A stretch of 64,000 nucleotides of DNA from a virus (Duplodnaviria; Caudoviricetes), in the IMG/VR virus record IMGVR_UViG_3300005934_000002, positions 1-64,000 of that record. The stretch is one strand, 5' to 3'. A program made the translations under genes and the position numbers. Each line of letters opens with the position of its first letter. Position 1 is the stretch's first letter. This document shows positions 55,310 to 63,727 of this stretch, one piece after another. The notes beneath the pieces are model-generated. The model was not told where the DNA came from. It ran no database searches and saw only the letters and a program-made list of their open reading frames with translations.

Positions 55310-56424
55310 TGTTGTATAAAGGATTAATACCAGGTCAACAGCAAACCCCTGAAGTAGATACTAAACATTGGAAGTTTGGCATTTATCGTAACGGTGTAAA
55401 GATTGTAGATCCAATGTTACATTATACAGCATATCCGTTAGCATATGATGATCATGGTATTATTGACAAAGTTTGTAACAGATTAAAAGAACACAAACCC
55501 GAAACTGCTGATAATTTATTTAAAAGTTTTGAACCTACACTTAATAGTCCTCATTTAGAACTTACAGACAAATTATTTAAAATGAGTAACGGATATAGAT
55601 CTGTTTTTACATTGTCAGGTAGTGACGGTGTTGAAGTTGCAATAAAACTTGCATTTGCCTATCATGAGAAAAAGGGTAACAATCGTAAAAAAATAGTTGG
55701 GTTTGATGATGCTTATCATGGTGCTACTTTACTTTCTTTATCTTGCGGAAGTGTAGGTTTAGAAAAAGGGTTTCATAATATGAATCCTTATCAAGATGTT
55801 ATTAAAATATCTCCTGATATGCATGAAGAAGTAGACTGGAATAGTGTTGCTTGTATTATAGTAGAAACCTGTCCGCATTATCAAACTATAGAAACATATA
55901 GTAATGAAGTATGGAGCAAAATTAAACAGATTCAAGAAGAACATGATGTTGTTGTAATTGTAGATGACATATTCATGGGCGGTGGAAAGACAGGAAACTT
56001 TTTTGGATTTAGTAAGTTACCAGTTAATCCAGATATCTTTGTAATGGGAAAATCTATAACAGGTGGATTTTTTCCTTTAAGTGTTACTTTGTACAATGAA
56101 AAAATAAATGAACAGTTGTATAATAGTCTTTGGGTACATGGGCATACATATAGTTTTTGTTTATCAGGTGTATTAAGTATGCTTGAATATATGAAAGTTC
56201 TTGAAGAAAACAAATACATGGATAACGTTTATACTATAGTAACAACAGCAAAAGATTATTTTAGAGATGCAGGGTTTGAAATAGTTGGCAACTATGGTAC
56301 AGTATTTTTACTCGGTAAGAATACATTTAAATTTAGATTTGTTTTGCCTTTAAATGCAGATAACGAATATTTTAAAGCATTACCTGAAACATTAAAACAA
56401 TTGGATGAACGATGGAAAGAATAG
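55309..56424 (+). CDS. Class III PLP-dependent aminotransferase
   Basis: LSGSDGVEVAIKLA, AYHGAT, VDDIFMGGGKTG, DIFVMGKSITGG (PLP Lys), HGHTY. The ATG at 55309 has an AGGAGA RBS. Confidence 0.85.
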   Translation: MLYKGLIPGQQQTPEVDTKHWKFGIYRNGVKIVDPMLHYTAYPLAYDDHGIIDKVCNRLKEHKPETADNLFKSFEPTLNSPHLELTDKLFKMSNGYRSVFTLSGSDGVEVAIKLAFAYHEKKGNNRKKIVGFDDAYHGATLLSLSCGSVGLEKGFHNMNPYQDVIKISPDMHEEVDWNSVACIIVETCPHYQTIETYSNEVWSKIKQIQEEHDVVVIVDDIFMGGGKTGNFFGFSKLPVNPDIFVMGKSITGGFFPLSVTLYNEKINEQLYNSLWVHGHTYSFCLSGVLSMLEYMKVLEENKYMDNVYTIVTTAKDYFRDAGFEIVGNYGTVFLLGKNTFKFRFVLPLNADNEYFKALPETLKQLDERWKE

Positions 56425-56942
56425 CAATTACAGGACACCTATCTGGACTTGGCAAAGAGTTGTACAATAGAATACCTAATAGTATCGGATTTGATTTAGG
56501 AAGTCATCATGATATTGCTAATCCAGACACATGGATTAGTACAGCATTAAATTGTGATGTTTTTATTAATAATGCGTATTGTGGTTTTCATCAAGTTAAT
56601 TTATTAGAAAAATTTTTTAAAGAATGGCAATTTACAAATAAGACAATTATTAATATAGGAAGTTGTGCGTCAGATATTTCAAAGATGGATTATCTTAAAG
56701 AAATTGATTTTTATCCTATTCATAAAAAAGCCTTAGATGATGCTTGTACAAGATTGCAACACGTAAAGAAAACTTGTAGAATAGTAAATGTTAAGATAGG
56801 TTGGATGGATACTCCATTAGTTAAAGACGTAGATGTAGAAAAAATTTCTGTTGATAAAGTTGCAGATGTTATTTTAGATTGTTTAACAAATAAAAATATT
56901 TCTAATGTTACTGTAGGAGGCGATTACGTATGGAACCAATAA
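56412..56942 (+). CDS. Short-chain dehydrogenase/Rossmann-fold protein
   Basis: IAITGHLSGLG, FINNA, IINIGS and YPIHK (YxxxK). Confidence 0.75.
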   Translation: MERIAITGHLSGLGKELYNRIPNSIGFDLGSHHDIANPDTWISTALNCDVFINNAYCGFHQVNLLEKFFKEWQFTNKTIINIGSCASDISKMDYLKEIDFYPIHKKALDDACTRLQHVKKTCRIVNVKIGWMDTPLVKDVDVEKISVDKVADVILDCLTNKNISNVTVGGDYVWNQ

Positions 56943-57643
56943 AACGTATTCAAGTATTACAGCCACCTGAAAATGGTTTAGCCACTGCATATAATGATGT
57001 ATGGTTTAACATATATCCAGGACCGCTTGGTTTAATGTGTAGTGGAGGCACAGATAGTTCCTTAATGTTATATCTAACGTTATTACATAGTGACGATCCT
57101 ATCCACGTTTTTACTCTTGCTAATAATCCGTTAGAACTAAAAAATATAACTGCTGTAACTGCTGTATTAAACAAGTGTGTAAAGTTAACAAATAAACATA
57201 ATGTAATACATCACGTAGTACACATGGAAGGTAATAAACCAAATGGTGCAACAGTGTTAGGAGATATGATTAAACAAGTCGGAGTTGATATTAATGTTGC
57301 ACAAATTGGAGTAACAGCAAATCCGCCTAAAGATATTTTAGAAAAAATGAATAATGATTATTCGCCAAGAGATAAGTCAAGAGATTTTCCTGATCCTAAT
57401 CTTGAATTAATTGATGCTACAGCACAAGGATATCCTTGGTTGTATACTCCTTGGAGAATACATAACAAACAAACTATTGCAAAAATTTATAAAAAACTAA
57501 ATGTATTAGAGGAACTATTTCCATTAACTTTTAGTTGTGAATATTATCCATCAAATTATGAAAGGCCAGATCCAGGTATGGAACACTGTGGCGAATGTTG
57601 GTGGTGTGAGGAAAGACAATGGGGATTTGGCCGACTAAAATAG
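56930..57643 (+). CDS. QueC-like PP-loop (adenine nucleotide alpha-hydrolase) enzyme
   Basis: SGGTDS PP-loop; C-terminal TFSCE...HCGECWWC Zn motif. Confidence 0.7.
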   Translation: MEPIKRIQVLQPPENGLATAYNDVWFNIYPGPLGLMCSGGTDSSLMLYLTLLHSDDPIHVFTLANNPLELKNITAVTAVLNKCVKLTNKHNVIHHVVHMEGNKPNGATVLGDMIKQVGVDINVAQIGVTANPPKDILEKMNNDYSPRDKSRDFPDPNLELIDATAQGYPWLYTPWRIHNKQTIAKIYKKLNVLEELFPLTFSCEYYPSNYERPDPGMEHCGECWWCEERQWGFGRLK

Positions 57644-58155
57644 TAGACAGTTTTGTTGAACGTTTTGCAGATGTTGAAAAAACATATAATCAACTTATGG
57701 AAAAAACTGAACAGTTTCCAGATGGAAAAATTTATAATGGTGATTGGTTACATATTCCTTTAAAGGCTACTTATGAAAAAGATGGAGAAATTTTAAGACC
57801 ATTAGCCTTTGATACACCTATTAATGATTTATTAAGGCAACCTATGGTTGTTAGTGCTATATTCTCAATATTAAAACCTGGTGTTGAAATTACTCCTCAT
57901 AAAGGTCATAGAGGATTTGCTGAAAAAATTTACAAAGCACATATTTGTATTCACGAAGCAAAAGATAGTGCATTAATTGTAGGTGATAAAAAGTACGAAT
58001 GGAAAAGAGGTCAAGGTTTTTTATTTGATGATACTATTGAACACACAGCATACAATAGAGGAACAGATACAAGAGTAGTATTATTAATGGACATTGCAAG
58101 AGATCCAGATGATATTCCAGCGTATAGCGAAAATATGGTTGAAGCATACTTATGA
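57619..58155 (+). CDS. Aspartyl/asparaginyl beta-hydroxylase family protein
   Basis: FSILKPGVEITPHKG...H...WKRGQGFLFDDTIEHTAYN....RVVLLMD. Confidence 0.85.
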   Translation: MGIWPTKIVDSFVERFADVEKTYNQLMEKTEQFPDGKIYNGDWLHIPLKATYEKDGEILRPLAFDTPINDLLRQPMVVSAIFSILKPGVEITPHKGHRGFAEKIYKAHICIHEAKDSALIVGDKKYEWKRGQGFLFDDTIEHTAYNRGTDTRVVLLMDIARDPDDIPAYSENMVEAYL

Positions 58156-59051
58156 AATTAGAATATAAAAATAATCATATGAAAGATTGGTTCCTTGTTA
58201 GTTGGACATTATCTAACAAGTGTAACTATCGCTGTGAGTATTGTCCAGACATATTACATAATGGTAGTACAGGACAGCCTCGTTGGGAAACTGTAAAACA
58301 CTTTGTTGAAAATTTTAATGTAGACAAAACTATTTGTTATAGATTAAGCGGTGGCGAACCTACGTATTGGAAGCACTTTATTGATCTTGCTAAACTTGTA
58401 AAAAAACAAGGACACTATTTTAGTTTTGTAACTAATGGAAGTCAGCGTGTAAAATACTATAAAGAAATAAGCAAGTACACAGACGGATTTATGATTTCGT
58501 ATCATCCTCAGTATGCAGATGTAGAACACTTTATTGATATTGCAAATGAAGTTGATTGTCCTGTTGCAGTTAATTTAATGCTTGTACCAGATAAGTTTGA
58601 CGATATGTGTACAGTAGCAGAGCGTTTATACAACGGTAGTGTAAACTTAACTGTAGAGCCTAAGGTTGTTGTAGATAAAACAAGTACAGATTTTGTAACT
58701 AACGAAGTGTCAACATATACACAAGAACAAAAAAACATAATTGCTAATTGGAAATATCATCGTACACTTAATTTTGATAATTTGCACAGAGGTAGTATGC
58801 TTATGGATAATGTAGAGTATGAAGGACATGAAATTATACTTCAAGGAAAAAATAAATTTAGTGGTTGGAAATGTTGGGCAGGTATAGATGGTGTAAACAT
58901 TGATATGTGGGGAAACTTGTATAGAGCAGATTGTCAGTACGGAGGTGCAATAGGTAATCTTGAAAGATACAAATTACCAGAAAAAGAATTAGTGTGTGGT
59001 AAAAGTATTTGTAGTTGCCTAAGTGATATATACATACGGAAAGAACAATGA
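58152..59051 (+). CDS. Radical SAM protein with C-terminal SPASM/twitch-like domain, paralog of 50845
   Basis: CNYRCEYC; LSGGEPT; WKCWAG...ADC...C...ICSCLSD. Confidence 0.88.
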   Translation: MKLEYKNNHMKDWFLVSWTLSNKCNYRCEYCPDILHNGSTGQPRWETVKHFVENFNVDKTICYRLSGGEPTYWKHFIDLAKLVKKQGHYFSFVTNGSQRVKYYKEISKYTDGFMISYHPQYADVEHFIDIANEVDCPVAVNLMLVPDKFDDMCTVAERLYNGSVNLTVEPKVVVDKTSTDFVTNEVSTYTQEQKNIIANWKYHRTLNFDNLHRGSMLMDNVEYEGHEIILQGKNKFSGWKCWAGIDGVNIDMWGNLYRADCQYGGAIGNLERYKLPEKELVCGKSICSCLSDIYIRKEQ

Positions 59052-59590
59052 GAATACTTGTAACAGGAAATCCAAATTATCAAGGCTTATGTAAGGGAAT
59101 ATACGAAGCGTATAATCATAACTTTGTAGAATTTATAGGACGCTGGAACGGCTGGGATTTAACTGATTATGATAAGGTAGCCGATTATGCTAAAGGGTAT
59201 GAAGTCTTTGTAAACAGTCAATACGGACCTAATGGCGAACAAGTTGAATTGTTTAATGCTGTATATGATAAGTTTGAAGAAGGACATATTATTAATATTA
59301 GCAGTACCAGTGCATACTGGAATAACGGACCAGAAGATTATCTTAAAAATAAAAAACAATTAGATTTTATAAGCAAAGAAAAATCTCAAATTGCTTGTTG
59401 GGGAAATACACCTATTAGAGTAAGCAATATTGCTTTCGGTCAGTTGAAATCGAAAACACAAGAACAACGAGATAGTAAAAATAAAATTAGTTTAGAAGAA
59501 GCAGGTAAACTTGTTAAGTGGGTAATTGATAGTCCTTGGACTATGAATTTACATTATCTTGCTGTTGATCCGATACAAAGAGATCAGTAA
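59048..59590 (+). CDS. Short-chain dehydrogenase/Rossmann-fold protein
   Basis: ILVTGN, FVNS, IINISS and YLKNK (YxxxK). Confidence 0.7.
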   Translation: MRILVTGNPNYQGLCKGIYEAYNHNFVEFIGRWNGWDLTDYDKVADYAKGYEVFVNSQYGPNGEQVELFNAVYDKFEEGHIINISSTSAYWNNGPEDYLKNKKQLDFISKEKSQIACWGNTPIRVSNIAFGQLKSKTQEQRDSKNKISLEEAGKLVKWVIDSPWTMNLHYLAVDPIQRDQ

Positions 59591-60695
59591 GTTCTGGACA
59601 ATAATCAAGAACAGTAGTATCACGTAGTTTATCTAAATCCTTAGTAAAGTTAATAAACTTATCAATATGTTTTCCTAAGAATTCATCTTGTGTATAATTT
59701 ACATTAGGTAATTTGTAGTCAATGTTTTGTAATATTTCATTAGGTAATATTCTTGGATTTAAATATGCCGGCTGTGCTACAACGTTATTAAAATAAATGC
59801 TCCAATGATCTTGTTTTACTTTGTCATACCAACTTTGTATTTTACCTAAGTGTGCAATGTTATATGCCATAACAGTAACAGCAATAATAACCCTGTCAAA
59901 ATTATAGTGTTTTAAATTTTCATTTAGTTGTGCAAACGTAAAGTTCTTGCCGCCTCTAATGTATTCATACAATCCGTCTGTACCTTCTACGCTGACAGTC
60001 CATTTAGTATGCCCATATTGTTTTGCAAGTTCGTGAACTTCTTCGTCAACAATAGTACCATTAGTAGTCCAATCAAGCGTAACGTTCTTAGCAATGCCTA
60101 AGTCAATAAACTTTTTAAGGATAATTTTGTTTGCAGGTTCCATATAAGGTTCACCGCCTTTAATGCTTAGGTAACGCAAATTCATAAAAGGTGTAGGATC
60201 TTCAAATAGTCTTTCTATAATCTGTTCGCTCTTGTTAGTGTAACCAAATTCTGGATTATCAATTCTTCTAAAATATGGGTTACCGTTTTCTGCAAGTTTA
60301 AGATCGTCCTTTACCCAAGCACTTGAATTGATACCATCGCACATACGGCATTTCAAATTACATATATTGCTCATATTGAATTCCAAAAACATAATATCGT
60401 GGAAGTTTTTGGTATAGTCGTAATTGGTTCCTTCAAGCATTGGATTCAAAATATCACGGAAGAATAAGCGTCTACTATGACCTACTGCGGCTTCTTTTAA
60501 GCGGCATTGTTCGCACTCGGGTGGCAACTGACCCATACGCATAGAATCCTTTGTGTATGACGCTGTAATGCTGTTTAAGACGGTGTTTAAAGACGATTTA
60601 AGCACGTTGCCATAGCGTTTAGTGTATACTCCGTCGGGTACAATATCGCCATTAAAGCGTACCAAAATACTATGCCAAGGTGCGTAACATTTCAT
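59541..60695 (-). CDS. Radical SAM protein with N-terminal Cys domain
   Basis: KCYAPWH...CEQC; CNLKCRMC; IKGGEP. Confidence 0.88.
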   Translation of the reverse strand: MKCYAPWHSILVRFNGDIVPDGVYTKRYGNVLKSSLNTVLNSITASYTKDSMRMGQLPPECEQCRLKEAAVGHSRRLFFRDILNPMLEGTNYDYTKNFHDIMFLEFNMSNICNLKCRMCDGINSSAWVKDDLKLAENGNPYFRRIDNPEFGYTNKSEQIIERLFEDPTPFMNLRYLSIKGGEPYMEPANKIILKKFIDLGIAKNVTLDWTTNGTIVDEEVHELAKQYGHTKWTVSVEGTDGLYEYIRGGKNFTFAQLNENLKHYNFDRVIIAVTVMAYNIAHLGKIQSWYDKVKQDHWSIYFNNVVAQPAYLNPRILPNEILQNIDYKLPNVNYTQDEFLGKHIDKFINFTKDLDKLRDTTVLDYCPELTDLFVSDQQQDNVNS

Positions 60696-61228
60696 TATAA
60701 ATTCTCTACTATTTTGGAAAATGGTTCTGTAAATCCACCAATTTGAAAATGGAGTCTTTCTTCCTGATTATCAATTGCTCCGTGCTTAGTTCCTGTATCA
60801 ATAAGTGTTGGTCCTTCGTACAAATGCGTATCTAAAATATTATCATTATTATCGTACCAAACTACAGGAGTATCTACTCCTCTTAACGGAATAGTAAATG
60901 CGGCACTTCTTTTATCAACGTGTGGTGACAATGCTCCTTCAATAATAAAATATTGAGCACAGTTATAAATGTCATCAAGATCTCTATTAAAGATTACAGA
61001 TAGGTCTTTAAAAATTTTCCATTCTTTAAAACTTTCAGGAATATTTTTAAAGTAAAGACTTTTTGTGCTGTAAGACTTAACATGATTTTGTTCAGCAATA
61101 GTAGAATATTTAATGTAATTTCCTTTTGTATCTGTAAACCCATCTTTTGCTAAATGCATATATTTGTTAGCAACATCTAATAATTGCTGTTTATCATAAT
61201 CGATACTAATTTTGTGATAGTACTTCAT
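60695..61228 (-). CDS. 2OG-Fe(II)/cupin oxygenase-like protein
   Basis: LSPHVD (HxD)...IDTGTKHG...RLHFQI. Confidence 0.6.
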   Translation of the reverse strand: MKYYHKISIDYDKQQLLDVANKYMHLAKDGFTDTKGNYIKYSTIAEQNHVKSYSTKSLYFKNIPESFKEWKIFKDLSVIFNRDLDDIYNCAQYFIIEGALSPHVDKRSAAFTIPLRGVDTPVVWYDNNDNILDTHLYEGPTLIDTGTKHGAIDNQEERLHFQIGGFTEPFSKIVENL

Positions 61229-61667
61229 CAAACTTTTCTCCGAACGCAGATCTAAGATCGCTGTGTAGTTTATCTAACACAACAGTAGGTTGATACACAC
61301 TTACATTATCCCAGTCTACCATTTCTATATTATCGCCATCTATAATAATATTACTCAAAACCCAGTCGCCGTGTGCATAAGGTTGCGTTTCTTCAATGTT
61401 TTTTAAACAATAATTATAAATCTTAATTATAAACTCTGAAGTATGTTCAAACTTACTTGCAGGTACTCCGGGAACTTCTTTTAACTCTACAAACATTTTA
61501 CCATTAGCACAACCACTGTTTAAAATATATCCAGGACGTAGTTCTTCCATAATATCAATATGTTCGTCATAATACTCTTTATTTTCAAATGACCATTCTT
61601 TTCTGTAAAAGCCATTTCCTTTATAAACTTTTCTTTGCTTTTCGATGTTTTCTTTAATTAATTCCAT
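61206..61667 (-). CDS. Minimal kinase-like protein (APH/choline kinase fold)
   Basis: Brenner-type HGDWVLSN and DWD motifs; YRKEW in the N-lobe. Confidence 0.65.
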   Translation of the reverse strand: MELIKENIEKQRKVYKGNGFYRKEWSFENKEYYDEHIDIMEELRPGYILNSGCANGKMFVELKEVPGVPASKFEHTSEFIIKIYNYCLKNIEETQPYAHGDWVLSNIIIDGDNIEMVDWDNVSVYQPTVVLDKLHSDLRSAFGEKFDEVLSQN

Positions 61668-62697
61668 AAGCCTTTGCTACCTCCGGGATATAATCTTTTA
61701 AACTGCATCCTCTTTGTTTGTCAAATATCATTGTCCATTTTTTAAATGCTTCTTGTTGTTCTGTGTCTGCAGGTTGATCAACCCAGTACTTAAATTTTTC
61801 AGGACAGTATTGTTTTATTTCATCAGGAGCATTTTTTGTATTAAGATATTCTGGATTCATTAATAAGTTATCAAAAAAATCAAAGCCGTATTTTTTGCAC
61901 CAATCTATAATTGTTTGATAATGATGTAAATTAGTAACCTGAATAGTCGGGCCAAGACTTTTATATTTTACTATCTCTGCCCATTTAAGCATATTAGTTT
62001 CTACTTCTTCCCATTTACTTCCCCAACGTATATAATCATTAACTTTGCCAATACCGTCTATACTAAAACACATATTAACAGTTTCAAAACGTTTTAATTC
62101 TTCATATATGTTAGGATTCATAATTGTAGCATTAGTATTAAATCTTACTTCAACTGAACTATCTAATTTTTGTAAAAATTTATGTAAGCCTTTTACCATC
62201 ATAGGTTCACCGCCTGTAAGATAAACTTCTCTAAGTTCAGGTAACTTAGCCAAGTATTCGCCACGTTCGTCGGTGTACCAATCGAAGTTTGGAAAAGGTT
62301 GATTACCCCACGGTGATTCAATACCTTGTTTAAGCATTGCTTGATGTTCTTTTGCAAGACTGCTTGATACACCAGGATAACACATAGTACATTGTAAGTT
62401 ACAATTACTACCAAAGCGTAAATCTAAATGACTAATACCTGGACCATATTGTCTTGGACGATTACGTTGACTTTTTTCGCCAGCGTCTTCTTGTATTTTA
62501 CATTTTTCACAAGCAGAAGGAAATTCTCCCTTTTCAAATGTAGCAACAGCATCTTTATATATTTTACTATTACGCCAATCATCTACAGTGTGTGTTGTTA
62601 CATTCTCTACGTTTGAAGGTTCTGTACTAATACAACACAAACGATATTCGCCAGAAGTTTTTACACAGACTTGATGATCTAAATATTTACACCTCAC
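61654..62697 (-). CDS. Radical SAM protein with N-terminal twitch/SPASM-like domain
   Basis: RCKY...LCC...CEKC; CNLQCTMC; LTGGEP. Confidence 0.88.
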   Translation of the reverse strand: MRCKYLDHQVCVKTSGEYRLCCISTEPSNVENVTTHTVDDWRNSKIYKDAVATFEKGEFPSACEKCKIQEDAGEKSQRNRPRQYGPGISHLDLRFGSNCNLQCTMCYPGVSSSLAKEHQAMLKQGIESPWGNQPFPNFDWYTDERGEYLAKLPELREVYLTGGEPMMVKGLHKFLQKLDSSVEVRFNTNATIMNPNIYEELKRFETVNMCFSIDGIGKVNDYIRWGSKWEEVETNMLKWAEIVKYKSLGPTIQVTNLHHYQTIIDWCKKYGFDFFDNLLMNPEYLNTKNAPDEIKQYCPEKFKYWVDQPADTEQQEAFKKWTMIFDKQRGCSLKDYIPEVAKAYGIN

Positions 62698-63670
62698 CGC
62701 AAGTTACCTCACAAATTTTAAATCTATTTTCTTTTGGTTGTGTAAGCAAGTCACTTTCAACTATGTCTTGTAGATTCATATTGTTTACATTAGGCCACGT
62801 AATACTATTACATTCTTCAGCATATGGACTGTTAGGATTTTTAGCATAACGATCACTTAACAAATAACAACAAGGAAATACTTCTCCTGTATGACTTATT
62901 TGTATTTTTTGTTTTCGTTGCCATTTACAACTAATACAACCTTTGTCTAATCCTACTTTTAATACTTTTTCTAAACGCTCTACATTATCTAAATGTTTTT
63001 TATCATACTTTATAGTACGTGCTTGTTCTTTCTTAGTTGCCTTAAATTTTTCTACTGCTTCTGATACTATACTATCTATTGCAGTAAATGTATAACCGCC
63101 GTTAATATCAAAAACAACAAACCCCATATCTTTAGATAATTGCTCACACTGTTCTATTTGATGTTTGTTGTGATCAAATACAAGCATACGCCATCTTGCT
63201 AAACCACCTGCGTCTATAAATGCTTTTGCATTTTCCATTACACTTTCCCAAACAACATGACGCCTATACAAATGATTAGTATCTTCTAATCCGTCAATAC
63301 TAAACGTAATAACACCTTGCGGAAAATTTCTTAATTCTTGTGCAATTAACCTATACAAATTTGGTTTGCCAATACCACCATTAGTGTGTATCATTATTTT
63401 GCATTTTAGTTTTTTTGCATATTGTAGTGCAAATGGTAAATTTGGATTCATTAAAGGATCACCATATGCACCATTAAAAATAATTTCTTCTACACCTTTT
63501 GCATTGTCTACAATGTTTTTAAAAGTATCCATATCCATATGACCTAAAGGCATATGAGGGTTAACAGTCACACCGTCGATGTTACGTGAGCAGTTTCCAC
63601 ACATAGCATTACAATGACTTGTAAAGTCAATTACTATTGTTTTTAGATCATTTTTCGATAAGAATTGCAT
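62687..63670 (-). CDS. Radical SAM protein with C-terminal SPASM/twitch-like domain
   Basis: CNAMCGNC; NGAYGDP; SIDGL; VFPCCYL; CEVTC. Start set at the ATG 63670, which follows a GTTAAATA motif. Confidence 0.85.
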   Translation of the reverse strand: MQFLSKNDLKTIVIDFTSHCNAMCGNCSRNIDGVTVNPHMPLGHMDMDTFKNIVDNAKGVEEIIFNGAYGDPLMNPNLPFALQYAKKLKCKIMIHTNGGIGKPNLYRLIAQELRNFPQGVITFSIDGLEDTNHLYRRHVVWESVMENAKAFIDAGGLARWRMLVFDHNKHQIEQCEQLSKDMGFVVFDINGGYTFTAIDSIVSEAVEKFKATKKEQARTIKYDKKHLDNVERLEKVLKVGLDKGCISCKWQRKQKIQISHTGEVFPCCYLLSDRYAKNPNSPYAEECNSITWPNVNNMNLQDIVESDLLTQPKENRFKICEVTCGEV

Positions 63671-63674
63671 ACTG

Positions 63675-63682
63675 TATTTAAC
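63675..63682 (-). promoter_or_regulatory. Late-type promoter variant (GTTAAATA)
   Basis: Lies 4 nt upstream of the ATG at 63670. Confidence 0.5.
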
Positions 63683-63714
63683 ATCATTATCAGAGTACAT
63701 AATGGTACCTGGCA

Positions 63715-63722
63715 CATAAATA
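63715..63722 (+). promoter_or_regulatory. Late-type promoter (CATAAATA)
   Basis: Lies 5 nt upstream of the ATG at 63728; divergent from the promoter at 63675. Confidence 0.6.
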
Positions 63723-63727
63723 CTGAT

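Noticed and set aside
55309-56424. bioA / biotin synthesis
   Set aside because: The class III fold is clear, but no other bio genes are present and no BioA-specific assignment is possible by eye.
56930-59051. 7-deazaguanine DNA-modification cluster (queC + queE)
   Set aside because: The adjacent radical SAM has a C-terminal Cys domain and ~300 aa length, unlike QueE. No queD, folE or dpdA is present in the window.
59541-59590. 50-nt convergent 3' overlap of the SDR and radical SAM genes as a regulatory device
   Set aside because: Short tail-to-tail overlaps are common in compact phage genomes (also at 43497-43507), and nothing else supports a function.
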